A DNA stretch of 52,555 nucleotides from positions 1 to 52,555 of the forward strand of contig CAXNFK010000001.1 of the NCBI GenBank assembly GCA_964201775.1, given 5' to 3'. The position numbers were made by a program, and so were the translations under genes. Every line of letters begins with the position of its first letter. Position 1 is the stretch's first letter. Shown here one piece after another: positions 19,443 to 29,358 of this stretch. Below the pieces are notes generated by a model. It had not been told where the DNA came from, ran no database searches, and worked only from the letters and a program-made list of their open reading frames with translations. The DNA is from Candidatus Nanopelagicaceae bacterium (lineage in GTDB: Bacteria; Actinomycetota; Actinomycetes; Nanopelagicales; Nanopelagicaceae).

Positions 19443-20627
19443 TCAGAGCACGGACGTCACGACGGTAGCGTCTTCGCGATCAAAAACTTCTGGCAATAGG
19501 TAAGTACCGATTCCAGGTGCGGTGGGAGGAAGAATGTGACCATTCACAATCTCAACGCTATGTGGAACCAGCTCTGAGTACCACGTGCGTATATATGCGC
19601 GTACTGATTCCTGGTAAATCGCATTAGGAGCGCTTAACGCAAGATGTAAACCTGCCATCAAAGTGAATGGTCCTGTGCAATCGTGCATAGCAACTGGTAA
19701 CCCAAAACTTTCAGCAAGTGTTGTTACCTTGCGCGACTCTGTGATTCCACCAACCCAAGTTGGATCGATCATGATGATGTCAGCAGCACGACGTTCCATT
19801 AGTAGCCGATATTGGTATTTGGAGACCAACATTTCGCTAGCAATAATCGGCGTTGTTGTCGATTTTTTGAGTTCAGCAATCGAATCAATATCGTGTGCCA
19901 AAACCAAGTCTTCAAGCCAGGCAACCTGATAAGGCTCTACGGCGCGAGCAATTTTTTTCGCCGTTGCAAGATCCCAATAGCCATGCCCGTCTATCATGAT
20001 GTCAATTTTGTTTCCGACAGCTGCGCGGATGCGGCGAATTGGTTCAAGACCTTCTTCGATTTCTGCGGCGGAGATATATTGTCCGGTGCCTCGCAGACTG
20101 TATCTATCGAATGGCCATATTTTCATTGCTGTGTAACCTTCAGAAAGTAAATCTTCTGCTAATCGTTCCGGTTCGTTAACTGCAGCCCATAAATCATCAA
20201 GAGGATCTGGCCCATCTCCTTCTCTCGATCCCAACCGTCCATACATTGGGCCACCGCATGTGTTGTATGTAGGAATACTGTCGTGTGCAAGTCCGCCTAA
20301 TAATTGATAGATAGGAACTCCCAAAGCCTGGCCCAGAATGTCCCAGAGCGCGGAATCGAGTGCAGATAATGCGCGCACCTCAACGCCGCCAACGCCACCC
20401 CAACGAGCAGAGTTACGCGCATAAAGCGTGTTCCAATGACGTTCAATTTGGAAAGGATCTTTCCCAAGTAATAGTGGTGCCGCCCATTGGTGGATGTATC
20501 CGGCAATCGCGTCGGTTGCGTAGTAAGTATCGCTAACTCCAATCAAACCCTCGTCCGTGTGGACTTGAACAAAGATGAGATAGGGAAAGCCCTTAACTTG
20601 AATTGTGTCAATCTTGGTTATCTTCAT
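19443..20627 (-). CDS. Mandelate racemase/muconate lactonizing enzyme family (sugar-acid dehydratase-like)
   Basis: ALSALDSALWDI, KIWPFD, metal ligands MIDGH/WLED/ASE, His in HDCTGP, PGIG. Confidence 0.85.
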   Translation of the reverse strand: MKITKIDTIQVKGFPYLIFVQVHTDEGLIGVSDTYYATDAIAGYIHQWAAPLLLGKDPFQIERHWNTLYARNSARWGGVGGVEVRALSALDSALWDILGQALGVPIYQLLGGLAHDSIPTYNTCGGPMYGRLGSREGDGPDPLDDLWAAVNEPERLAEDLLSEGYTAMKIWPFDRYSLRGTGQYISAAEIEEGLEPIRRIRAAVGNKIDIMIDGHGYWDLATAKKIARAVEPYQVAWLEDLVLAHDIDSIAELKKSTTTPIIASEMLVSKYQYRLLMERRAADIIMIDPTWVGGITESRKVTTLAESFGLPVAMHDCTGPFTLMAGLHLALSAPNAIYQESVRAYIRTWYSELVPHSVEIVNGHILPPTAPGIGTYLLPEVFDREDATVVTSVL

Positions 20628-20791
20628 TTAATGGCTCCTTTTTCGATTGGGTCTCTAGCTTTCACGTAAAATTCTTTAACTTCTAAGATATCGCCTCGAA
20701 GAATTCCATCTCTTTCGAACTTCGCTAGATCAGTTGTAACCGAAGAAAATGTATTGGTCTCGTGAGCCAGCCCAAGTAGTGCAATTCTCAT
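20624..20791 (-). pseudogene. Collapsed MlrC (M81) paralogue, 55-aa in-frame remnant
   Basis: Hand translation MRIALLGLAHETNTFSSVTTDLAKFERDGILRGDILEVKEFYVKARDPIEKGAIK*. The first ~33 aa align with the N-terminus of the intact MlrC at 17221 (RVAVAGITFESNSFAPGLTNMDAFER). Its stop overlaps the enolase start (ATGA). Confidence 0.75.
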
Positions 20792-20795
20792 TATG

Positions 20796-21770
20796 TCACC
20801 GCGCTAACGATTTGGAGAGATCATCCCAAGCACTTCTGAGTTCGCTGGCTGCTAACTCAACTGCTTCACGACCGGCTTTCAACTCATTCGGAACAGCCAT
20901 AAATCCATGGATCATTCCGGGAAAGCGTCGGGATAATGCGCGAACACCTGCGGCACGTAATCTAAAACCATACATCTCACCATCATCACGAACTGGATCA
21001 CCACCGGCGGTGATAATCAAAGCCCTCGGTAACCCATGTAAATCAACAGCTTCGCCTGGACAGGCATATGGATCCAAGTTAGAAGTGTTTCCTAAATAAT
21101 TTTTCCAGAACCAGATGCAGTCAGCGCGAGTAATCCATTTCTCGGTGGCATTTTCATAATAGGAAAGAGTTTCGAATGATGCACGAAGTGCTGGATAGAT
21201 CATCAATTGAAGCGCAATCTGCGGTCCACCTTCATCGCGGATACGTAAACATACTGCAGCCGAAAGTTGGCCACCCGCGCTGTCGCCTCCAACTGCAAGC
21301 AATTTTGGATTACCACCAAAAGATTCAGCGTTTTCTACAACCCAATTAATCGCAGCTAATGAATCATCTAAGCCAGCAGGGTGAGGATTCTCCGGGGCAA
21401 GCCGATAATCAACTGAAACAACAATGCAATCTGTAGTGCGTGCAAGTCGTCGACATAATTCATCATGAGAGTCAAGATCGCCGAGAGTCCAACCACCGCC
21501 ATGTAGATAAATCAAAACCGGCATCATCTTGGATTCACTTGGTGTGTACTTCCGAAGTTTAATTTGTCCGGCAGGACCCGGTATCGCTAAGTCGTTGACC
21601 GCATGCATCGGAGTTGGTTCTTGAGCAAAGAGACGAACACGTTCCTGATAAACCCTACGTCCCTCTACTGGAGTGAGAGTGTGCCACTCTGGTATTCCAG
21701 CAAGTTTGACTGCACTAAGAATATCAATAGCTTCTTGATCAAGAATCACATTAGAGGTTGAGTTACTCAT
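20796..21770 (-). CDS. Alpha/beta hydrolase, hormone-sensitive-lipase (family IV esterase) type
   Basis: HGGG oxyanion motif, YRLAPE, GDSAGG nucleophile, DPVRDD, HGF. ATG at 21770. Confidence 0.9.
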   Translation of the reverse strand: MSNSTSNVILDQEAIDILSAVKLAGIPEWHTLTPVEGRRVYQERVRLFAQEPTPMHAVNDLAIPGPAGQIKLRKYTPSESKMMPVLIYLHGGGWTLGDLDSHDELCRRLARTTDCIVVSVDYRLAPENPHPAGLDDSLAAINWVVENAESFGGNPKLLAVGGDSAGGQLSAAVCLRIRDEGGPQIALQLMIYPALRASFETLSYYENATEKWITRADCIWFWKNYLGNTSNLDPYACPGEAVDLHGLPRALIITAGGDPVRDDGEMYGFRLRAAGVRALSRRFPGMIHGFMAVPNELKAGREAVELAASELRSAWDDLSKSLAR

Positions 21771-21817
21771 TAACGGAGTAACTTCAGTAAAGTACGGGGA
21801 TTTAGATTCTTGAACAA
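21770..21817 (-). CDS. 15-aa mini-ORF (MFKNLNPRTLLKLLR), leader peptide or gene remnant
   Basis: Perfect AAGGAGG SD (21825-21831) 7 nt before TTG; its TAA overlaps the esterase ATG (TAATG). Confidence 0.5.
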   Translation of the reverse strand: MFKNLNPRTLLKLLR

Positions 21818-21907
21818 AGTCGTGCCTCCTTGTTCCCAATGTGTCTTTCGATTTGTACAAATGTTATATTGCCGAGGTTATCTTTCACGCGACAGGATTA
21901 CAACAGT

Positions 21908-21946
21908 TTCTGAGCGCTGAAATTAACAAATTTCCGCATGCTGAAA
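21908..21946. promoter_or_regulatory. Two putative IclR operators upstream of the esterase-enolase operon
   Basis: TTCTGAGCGCTGAAA (21908-21922) and TTCCGCATGCTGAAA (21932-21946). Confidence 0.6.
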
Positions 21947-21988
21947 TTTTTTTGATTGCGCTGCCATGCAATGTTCCACAGATACGAT

Positions 21989-22906
21989 TCAAATAATCTC
22001 AACGGTAAGATCAAAAGAAATTTTCTCGTTAACCGGAATAATTGTTGATCTGCCAGATTTTGAAGCCCCGTTCAGAGCTTCATCTGGGTAACAAGATGCG
22101 GGTTCTAGTCCAGTAATTTCTGCGCGTCCATAAAATGGGAATCCGGGTGAAAATCTCTCCTGCCAATACCAGAGATATGGAAATTTTTTTGCATCCCACA
22201 TCAGTCGAGCTCCGATACCTTTATCATCATCAAAAATCGAAATCCATCCTTCACTGCCTTCAGCTAAGTAAGTCAAACGCACGAACTTATCTTTAATTGG
22301 AGAACGAAGATCTGGCCGATTAATTCCAGATTCATTCCAAAGCATTTTTCCTTCTCCATCTTCTTCATAGCCTTCTGGAAAAACCCAACTACTTTTCTCA
22401 GGGGCAGAAATCTCAATCGTTGAAGATCCCTGAAACGCGACATGTTCTACCGTAACGATTTCTTGTGGAGTCAGGCCGATGTTCACTATTTCTGTTTCAC
22501 AGTGAAGGATGGGAAGAGATGGGTCGATAGCGAGAGTTCGCTTGAGGTGAAGTGAATTAAATATCTTCAATTCCATGATTAATTTGTTCTCACTTCTCGT
22601 GGTCACTTCCCATGGCAAAATAGATGACTCACCATGAAAAGAATGGTGCTGACCATTTAGCACGCATTCATTTCCGGCATTTGGTGTTAGGAATTGCCAA
22701 CCACCCCGATATCGCGAGATCCAATGTTTATGGCTATCGCCTTCTACATATTCCAGTGGAAGAGGGTGCGGCTCCTCCCACTCATACCAAGCTAATACAT
22801 TGCTATTCGGATTCGAATCACGTCCGATATGACGGATAGTGCCACCATTAGTCGGGTCAACCAGAACAGAAATATGCTGTGATTCAAGTCTTTCAAGTGA
22901 TTGCAT
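21989..22906 (-). CDS. Galactose mutarotase-like / aldose 1-epimerase superfamily protein
   Basis: GGWQFLTPN, HGE..ILPW, EHVAF, FPYLWYW, GLEP motifs of the beta-sandwich mutarotase fold. Confidence 0.7.
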   Translation of the reverse strand: MQSLERLESQHISVLVDPTNGGTIRHIGRDSNPNSNVLAWYEWEEPHPLPLEYVEGDSHKHWISRYRGGWQFLTPNAGNECVLNGQHHSFHGESSILPWEVTTRSENKLIMELKIFNSLHLKRTLAIDPSLPILHCETEIVNIGLTPQEIVTVEHVAFQGSSTIEISAPEKSSWVFPEGYEEDGEGKMLWNESGINRPDLRSPIKDKFVRLTYLAEGSEGWISIFDDDKGIGARLMWDAKKFPYLWYWQERFSPGFPFYGRAEITGLEPASCYPDEALNGASKSGRSTIIPVNEKISFDLTVEII

Positions 22907-22938
22907 GCGAATTATTGTAATTTACAACTGAGATTAAA

Positions 22939-22953
22939 ATCTAGAATGCGGAA
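22939..22953. promoter_or_regulatory. Putative IclR operator in divergent promoter (mutarotase / SDR)
   Basis: Reverse complement TTCCGCATTCTAGAT. Confidence 0.5.
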
Positions 22954-23023
22954 TATTTCGATATCTTCTTCTTTTAATTCTTTTGCGAGAGCGATTTCCA
23001 AAGTAGCATCAGAGACATGAATC

Positions 23024-23848
23024 ATGGACTCCACTCCCGAACAAGTAGGTCATGTGAGAAATAATTTTCTTCCCGCGCTTTCTCTGGAGGGTCGACGAGC
23101 CCTGATTACTGGCGCAGGCAGCAGCATTGGTCAGATGATTGCGCTCGGATATGCGCAAGCCGGTGCAGATCTTGTCCTTGTTGGTCGAAGAGAGGCGCCT
23201 CTCGAAGCGACTGCGGTTGCGGCAAGAAAGTTTGGTGCAGTTGTCGAAGTGATTCCAGCTGACATTACAGTGGAGTTAGATGTCGAAAGAATCAAAGAAG
23301 CGGCCGGGCACATCGACATTCTCGTCAACAATGCTGGAATGTCTCCTAAGCATCCGTGGAAAAGTGTTCCACTTTCAGAATGGCGAGCAGTCTTCGAACT
23401 TAATGTCGATGCCATGTTCCGACTCTGCCAAATTTTTGCTCCCGCAATGGAAGAACGACGCTGGGGCAGAATCATCAATATCTCTTCTATCTACGGTGGA
23501 TTGGGTGGAAATTTATCCCTCTATCCAGGAATTGAATGGGATGAGCCCGCATACTTTGCAAGCAAACATGCAGTGCATGGAATAACCCACTACCTCGCGA
23601 CCCGACTCGCACCCAATGGCGTTTGCGTAAACTCCCTCAGTCCCGGTGCATTCAGCGGCTCTGAGCAGAACGCTAAAGCTGGGCTAACTTCACCGGAGAT
23701 TATTCAAGTTCAGCATGAAGCAATTCCAATGCGGCGTTTCGGAGGCGCTGACGATATTCAAGGTGTCGCCGTATTCCTGGCCTCCCCTAGTTCGGGTTTT
23801 CTCACTGGCCAAAACATTATTGTGGATGGCGGTTTTAGTGTCTGGTGA
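23024..23848 (+). CDS. Short-chain dehydrogenase/reductase (gluconate 5-dehydrogenase-like)
   Basis: TGAGSSIG, NNAG, NISSIYG, YFASK, GQNIIVDGG. Confidence 0.88.
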   Translation: MDSTPEQVGHVRNNFLPALSLEGRRALITGAGSSIGQMIALGYAQAGADLVLVGRREAPLEATAVAARKFGAVVEVIPADITVELDVERIKEAAGHIDILVNNAGMSPKHPWKSVPLSEWRAVFELNVDAMFRLCQIFAPAMEERRWGRIINISSIYGGLGGNLSLYPGIEWDEPAYFASKHAVHGITHYLATRLAPNGVCVNSLSPGAFSGSEQNAKAGLTSPEIIQVQHEAIPMRRFGGADDIQGVAVFLASPSSGFLTGQNIIVDGGFSVW

Positions 23849-23961
23849 CTTTATTGTGAGGTTGAAATTTACTCACACTCTAGTGCGATTAATCCCAGAG
23901 GAGATACACTTTTTTTGCGAAATACAATCAACCTTGGGAAAGAGAAAACCATTGGATTTTT

Positions 23962-24714
23962 ATGGGGAATGACAGAGTAGCGATAGTAACCGGAGCTGCT
24001 AGGGGTATTGGATTTGCGACAGCGCAGAGGTTGGCAGAGGTTGGCGTCAAAGTAGCATTGATCGACCGTTCCCCTTCTGTGATACAACAAGCAGAACGAC
24101 TTCAAAACTCTGGTCACACTGCGATCGGGATTATTGGTGATGTAAGCACTGAGAAATCCGTAATGGAATTCATCAAGCAAGTCCAGAATACTTTCGGGGC
24201 AATTTCGATTCTTGTAAATAATGCAGGTCTCACTGCAGTACACCGTAATTGGAAGAGCGTGACACCGGAGCAATGGGATGAAGTCATGACCGTGAACTTG
24301 AAATCCATGTTCCTCTGTTCGCGTGCCGTTGTTTCTGACATGGAGAAACAAAAGTGGGGTCGAATAGTAAATATATCTTCAGTGACTTTTCTAAGTGGCC
24401 AACGCAACCTCATCGACTACGTTTCATCGAAAGGTGGCGCCGTTGGTTTTAGTCGAACACTCGCTCGAGAGGTGGGATCAGATTGCATTACGGTAAATAC
24501 AGTCACTCCTGGCGCTATCCGCACCGAGGCAGAGATTGAGATGGTTCCTGACGCGGATGATGTTGCTCTCGCACCGATAATGGAAATTCAAGCCATCAAG
24601 CGAAGAGGAACTGCAGATGATGTTGCAGCAGCGATCGCATTCCTATGCACCGATGATGCTGGCTTCATTACTGGCCAAAATTTAGTTGTCGATGGCGGCT
24701 GGTTGCTGAACTGA
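23962..24714 (+). CDS. Short-chain dehydrogenase/reductase
   Basis: TGAARGIG, NNAG, YVSSK, GQNLVVDGG. Confidence 0.88.
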   Translation: MGNDRVAIVTGAARGIGFATAQRLAEVGVKVALIDRSPSVIQQAERLQNSGHTAIGIIGDVSTEKSVMEFIKQVQNTFGAISILVNNAGLTAVHRNWKSVTPEQWDEVMTVNLKSMFLCSRAVVSDMEKQKWGRIVNISSVTFLSGQRNLIDYVSSKGGAVGFSRTLAREVGSDCITVNTVTPGAIRTEAEIEMVPDADDVALAPIMEIQAIKRRGTADDVAAAIAFLCTDDAGFITGQNLVVDGGWLLN

Positions 24715-24725
24715 TAAATATTTAA

Positions 24726-25844
24726 TTAATTAGGATGAATAACTTGTCTTATAACTTGCGCACCTTGTAGTGCGTCCATCGCTTCATTTACTTTATCCAT
24801 TGGACTTACCGAAGTAAGTAACTTCTCTACTGGCAGATTGCCAGCTCGCCAAAAATCTACAAATTCTGGGATATCCACTCGCGGATTTGCCGAACCTAAA
24901 TATGAACCACGTATTGTTTTGACATCTGATACCAATGAAAGCGCTGAAATTGAAAGCATTTCCGAGGCAGGTGGTAAACCCACTGTAACGGTTGTTCCCC
25001 CACGGCTAGTTGCCTCATATGCTGATTTCAAAGTATCGGCTCTTCCTGCGCATTCGACTGCAACTGAAACCCCGCCCGGAAGATGATCGCGCAAATTTTC
25101 ACTAGGGTCTAAGGCAAAATCTGCACCAAGTTCAATTGCAAGCTTTCGCTTTGAAGCAACAGGATCTATCGCAAAAATAGGTGATGCTTTAGAAATAACT
25201 GCGCCCATGAGTGCAGATAACCCAACACCGCCAAGCCCCCAAACCCCAAGAGATTGACCGGGTTTTGCATGCGCAGAATTTCTCACTGCACCAATACCTG
25301 TAAGGAGAGCGCAACCAAAAAGGGCCCCAATATCAAATGGGACATCATCAGGAAGTTTTATCAGCGAGCGCTCATCAAGGACTGCGTATTGGCTATAACA
25401 AGAAACTCCGTTGTAATGATTAATTGCTTCACCATTAATGCTTATTCGAGTTCCCCCACCAAGCATTTCACCACGACCATTTGATGCTGCACCTAAGGAA
25501 CAAAAAGCTGGCAGCCCGGATGTGCAATCACTGCACGAACCGCAGCTGGGTAAGAAAACACTTGTAACATGATCGCCGACTTTCAGAGTTTTTACATCGG
25601 CTCCCACTTCGACTACAACGCCCGCCGATTCATGGCCCGCAATAAGAGGCAAAGGGCGTTGCCTGGTGCCATTAACAACTGAAAGATCAGAGTGACAAAT
25701 TCCTGCTGATTCAATTTTTACGAGCACTTCCCCAATATTTGGTGGAGCTAAATTCACTTCAACAATCTCAAGTGGGCGGGTATTTGTATAGGGAAGTTGC
25801 GCACCGCTTTGGCGCAGAAGTGCTGCTAGTGATTTCACGAACAC
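24726..25844 (-). CDS. Zinc-dependent alcohol dehydrogenase (MDR)
   Basis: CHSD, GHE, CGSCSDC...C structural Zn site, FGCALLTG, GLGGVG; GTG start. Confidence 0.9.
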   Translation of the reverse strand: MFVKSLAALLRQSGAQLPYTNTRPLEIVEVNLAPPNIGEVLVKIESAGICHSDLSVVNGTRQRPLPLIAGHESAGVVVEVGADVKTLKVGDHVTSVFLPSCGSCSDCTSGLPAFCSLGAASNGRGEMLGGGTRISINGEAINHYNGVSCYSQYAVLDERSLIKLPDDVPFDIGALFGCALLTGIGAVRNSAHAKPGQSLGVWGLGGVGLSALMGAVISKASPIFAIDPVASKRKLAIELGADFALDPSENLRDHLPGGVSVAVECAGRADTLKSAYEATSRGGTTVTVGLPPASEMLSISALSLVSDVKTIRGSYLGSANPRVDIPEFVDFWRAGNLPVEKLLTSVSPMDKVNEAMDALQGAQVIRQVIHPN

Positions 25845-25862
25845 ACCAGATTTCGAATATTG

Positions 25863-26630
25863 CTAATTGGCGTGTTTAAGGCTTACGGCCTTGGCTGCTT
25901 CAACCAATCCCATCGTGTATTCATGCTTTGGATTTGCGAGGATGTCGACTGCGGTGCCTTCTTCCACTACGCAACCGCGGCTCATAACAATTATTCGCTC
26001 ACACATGCGACCGACCACAGCAAGATCATGAGAAACTAAAACCAGAGTTAGCCCCAAATCTTTTCGTAATTCCATCAAAAGATTTAGAACCTGGGCCTGA
26101 ACAGAAACGTCCAAACTACTAGTTGGCTCATCAGCATAAAGAACTTTCGGTCCGATCGACATTGCTCGAGCAATACTAACTCGCTGCAGTTGACCCCCAG
26201 AAAGTTGATGTGGGTAGCGATTGAGAAGTTCGGGACTAAGGCCAACACGTGTCATCCACGACCCGAGTTCTTCTGCATTAGGTTTTCTTTTTTCTAATGC
26301 ACGAATTGGTTCTGATAAAGCACGTCCTAAGCGCATTCGCGGATCGAAAGAGCGACGTGGACTCTGAAAAACTAACTGACCGAAGCGACGCAAATCGCGA
26401 GGTGCTTCTTTAGTCCACTCGTCCAGATTCTTTCCGTCAATAATCACTTCCCCTTCTTGAGCTTTGAGCAAGCCACTAAGGAGTCGGATTATGGTGGACT
26501 TTCCCGAACCAGATTCGCCCACAATTCCAACACTTGTTCCCGATTCAATCGATAGTGAGACATCATTAATTGTCCATGGACCTGATGCTGCATAACGAAA
26601 CTTGAGGTTACTTGCAGAGATAATTGGCAC
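25863..26630 (-). CDS. Peptide/nickel ABC transporter ATP-binding protein (DppF type)
   Basis: GESGSGKST, YPHQLSGGQLQR, ADEPTSSLDVSVQAQ. Confidence 0.9.
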   Translation of the reverse strand: MPIISASNLKFRYAASGPWTINDVSLSIESGTSVGIVGESGSGKSTIIRLLSGLLKAQEGEVIIDGKNLDEWTKEAPRDLRRFGQLVFQSPRRSFDPRMRLGRALSEPIRALEKRKPNAEELGSWMTRVGLSPELLNRYPHQLSGGQLQRVSIARAMSIGPKVLYADEPTSSLDVSVQAQVLNLLMELRKDLGLTLVLVSHDLAVVGRMCERIIVMSRGCVVEEGTAVDILANPKHEYTMGLVEAAKAVSLKHAN

Positions 26631-26631
26631 T

Positions 26632-27453
26632 TTATTCTCCTCTACTAGTTGGGAAACGGGTGCCTAACAAACGATTTAACTCTTGCTCACTCGGGATGCT
26701 TGGGTTAGCACCGATTAGCTCCTTTGTGTAAGCGACAGTTGGAGAATCAATAATCTGCGAAGTAGGACCAAGCTCAACGATCTCGCCATTATGCATCACT
26801 GCAATTCTTTCACTTACGGCCTGGACTACTCCCAAGTTATGGCTAACGAAAATCACTCCCATGTTGCTCTCGTTACTTAGTCGCAAAAGCAATTTAAGAA
26901 TTTCCTGCTGAACCGTGACGTCAAGGGCGGTTGTAGGTTCGTCAGCAATTAGTAGGCTCGGCTTACATGAGATTGCCATTGCAATCATTACACGTTGCTG
27001 TTGTCCGCCTGATAACTCATGCGGATAACGGGTTACAAGTTTTTCTGGGTCCTGGAGTTGGACTCCGTGCATAAGTTCAATCACTTTTTGTTTGATGTCT
27101 GATTTCGATAAATCGGTATGTAATCGCAGGCTTTCTCCGATTTGGCGCCCGATCTTCATCGTAGGGTTGAGTGATCGACTTGGATCTTGGAAAACCATCG
27201 CAATATCACGCCCACGAATCTTTGCGAGCTCTTTATCCGACTTTCCCAAAAGTTCCTTACCTGCAAAAACTATTGATCCCTCTACATCCATCATTTCCGG
27301 AAGTAGGCCGAGAATACTCAGCACCGTCAGAGTCTTACCAGAACCAGATTCACCGACGAGACCTAACCGTTCTCCTGGTGTGGCAGAGAGATGATCAATC
27401 TTTACAAGAGTTTTACCAGCGATGCTGATGCGAAGATTATTAATTTCTAACAT
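26632..27453 (-). CDS. Peptide/nickel ABC transporter ATP-binding protein (DppD type)
   Basis: [39 protein letters not shown]. Confidence 0.9.
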   Translation of the reverse strand: MLEINNLRISIAGKTLVKIDHLSATPGERLGLVGESGSGKTLTVLSILGLLPEMMDVEGSIVFAGKELLGKSDKELAKIRGRDIAMVFQDPSRSLNPTMKIGRQIGESLRLHTDLSKSDIKQKVIELMHGVQLQDPEKLVTRYPHELSGGQQQRVMIAMAISCKPSLLIADEPTTALDVTVQQEILKLLLRLSNESNMGVIFVSHNLGVVQAVSERIAVMHNGEIVELGPTSQIIDSPTVAYTKELIGANPSIPSEQELNRLLGTRFPTSRGE

Positions 27454-28319
27454 CAGACAACTCCTTTTTTAGATTGTTGTGGATCCAAGAGAACCGACAA
27501 ACCATCACCAATAAGGTTGAAACCTAGAACTGAAATCACAATAAATGCTCCAGGTAATATTGTGTAATAAGGTGCCTGTTGAACCAATGGCTGCGAATCC
27601 ATCAATATCTTTCCCCATGAAGTTGTCGGCGGTTGCGCCCCAACGCCAAGAAATGAGAGTGAAGCTTCAATCAAAATGCCTGCCGCAAACATCATGGAAG
27701 TTTGCACAATCACGATGGGCGCTATATTTGGAAATACCTGCCTAAAAAGAATATATCTGCGACTGCGTCCATGCGTCATCGCTGCTTCAACAAAATCTAG
27801 AGCCAATATTTGCCGAGCAGGGCCCACCACAACACGAGCAGTTACCGGAACGAACCAAAAACTGATCGCGATGATAACGCTCAATCTTCCGGGTCCGAGT
27901 GTTGTTGCAAGAACTAGTGCGATAAGAATGCTGGGCAGCGCTATTCCAATATCAGAGATTCGAGTAATAACCGCTCCCAAACGTGGTCCTGATCCTGCAG
28001 CTGCGAGACCTAGTGAAGTGCCGAGCACCGCGCCTAGAATTGTGGAAATCAGAGCAACGAAAAGCGTATTTTGACTTCCCACCATTATTTGTGAAAACAG
28101 ATCTCGTCCTAATCGGTCAGTTCCAAACCAGTGCGAAAGATTTGGTGGAAGCAGTCTGTCTTCTACGTTAATGCCAATCGGGTCCCATGGCGTCCAAAAA
28201 AATGAGACAAAGGTAATTGTGAGCACGAAGCCTGAAAGAATTATTCCCAGCAGTAATTGTGGCGATTTCAAAGCAGTTGATTTCCGAGACTTACGGCCCG
28301 TTCTACTCAATTTTTTCAT
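27453..28319 (-). CDS. Peptide/nickel ABC transporter permease (DppC type)
   Basis: HWFGTDRLGRD, FVEAA loop, EASLSFLG, SWG, NLIGDGL. Confidence 0.9.
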   Translation of the reverse strand: MKKLSRTGRKSRKSTALKSPQLLLGIILSGFVLTITFVSFFWTPWDPIGINVEDRLLPPNLSHWFGTDRLGRDLFSQIMVGSQNTLFVALISTILGAVLGTSLGLAAAGSGPRLGAVITRISDIGIALPSILIALVLATTLGPGRLSVIIAISFWFVPVTARVVVGPARQILALDFVEAAMTHGRSRRYILFRQVFPNIAPIVIVQTSMMFAAGILIEASLSFLGVGAQPPTTSWGKILMDSQPLVQQAPYYTILPGAFIVISVLGFNLIGDGLSVLLDPQQSKKGVV

Positions 28320-29272
28320 TTGCGAGCCTCCTTATGTCTAATTCGAGGATCCAAAATTCCATAAAGCACATCCATAAATAAATTCATCGTGAGGATAATA
28401 ATTAATATCACTAACGAAAGAGATTGAACCGTAATTGCTTCTCGAGTCACTGCGGAAGTCAAAAGGAGTCGTCCGATACCAGGAATGGTGAAGACATTCT
28501 CTACAACAACTGATCCGGCAATAAGGGCGCCGATTTGTAAAGCTCCAGTTGTTACTAGAGGAATTGCCGCGTTGCGCAGCCCATGGATAATTGCGGCCGA
28601 TCGAACAGTACGACCTTTCGCCTTTGCTGTGCGCATATAATCTTCATTCATCTGTTCAATCATTGAGGTTCGCACAAAACGGGTAAAAACTGCTGTAATT
28701 CCCAAACTCAGGGTTGTAATTGGTAAAACCATTGAACGAAGAGCTTCTACCGGGTCGGTAAATATTGACACATACCCAGTTGCTGGAAGCCAACCTAGGC
28801 GCACAGCGAAAATCAGGACAAGCACTAAAGCTAAGAAGAATTGAGGGATGGCCAGACCAATTTGTGCAATACCATCCACTGAAGCTCCACGCCAGCGTTT
28901 GAAATTCATGGCGGAATAAAGACCAACTACTAGCGCTATCGGTATAGAAATCAACAGTGAGCCAAATGTAAGAATTAGAGTTGGTTCAAGGCGTTGGGCG
29001 ATTTCAGTCGAAATAACATACTGTTTTGAGTACGCCTCACCGAGGTTTCCAGTTAATACGCCGCCAATCCACGAAACATACTGCTCTACCCACGAACGAT
29101 TAAGCCCAAAAGTTTCACGAAGAAGCTCTAGCGACTCTTGTGTGGCTCTGGTCCCCAGCATGACAGTCGCAATGTCGCCACCAACACTTCGAAGAAGGAC
29201 GAAAACAACTACAGATCCAGTAAAGGCCGATATAACCATAAGGGTGAAGGATCGAATGAAAACTCGAATCAC
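28316..29272 (-). CDS. Peptide/nickel ABC transporter permease (DppB type)
   Basis: DYMRTAKAKG, HGLRNA, GSVVVENVFTIPGIG, LDPRIR; GTG start. Confidence 0.9.
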   Translation of the reverse strand: MIRVFIRSFTLMVISAFTGSVVVFVLLRSVGGDIATVMLGTRATQESLELLRETFGLNRSWVEQYVSWIGGVLTGNLGEAYSKQYVISTEIAQRLEPTLILTFGSLLISIPIALVVGLYSAMNFKRWRGASVDGIAQIGLAIPQFFLALVLVLIFAVRLGWLPATGYVSIFTDPVEALRSMVLPITTLSLGITAVFTRFVRTSMIEQMNEDYMRTAKAKGRTVRSAAIIHGLRNAAIPLVTTGALQIGALIAGSVVVENVFTIPGIGRLLLTSAVTREAITVQSLSLVILIIILTMNLFMDVLYGILDPRIRHKEARK

Positions 29273-29310
29273 AATATCTTCCTTTCATTACTTGTTGCAG
29301 CTATGGAGAA

Positions 29311-29338
29311 AAGGAGAGGGACCTAGGTCCCTCTCCTT
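29311..29338 (-). terminator. Stem-loop between SBP and permease genes
   Basis: AAGGAGAGGGACCTAGGTCCCTCTCCTT is a perfect 28-bp palindrome, ending in a short T run on the minus strand. Confidence 0.65.
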
Positions 29339-29358
29339 CATCAGCTCTTGCTAATTTA

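Noticed and set aside
23849-23961. Gap between the two SDRs containing an AGAGGAG SD-like sequence and a T7 run; checked as a possible third gene remnant
   Set aside because: The frames I translated gave no recognisable protein fragment and no convincing start linked to the SD.
23869-24351. 160-aa minus-strand ORF
   Set aside because: Antisense to an SDR gene; such shadows are common.
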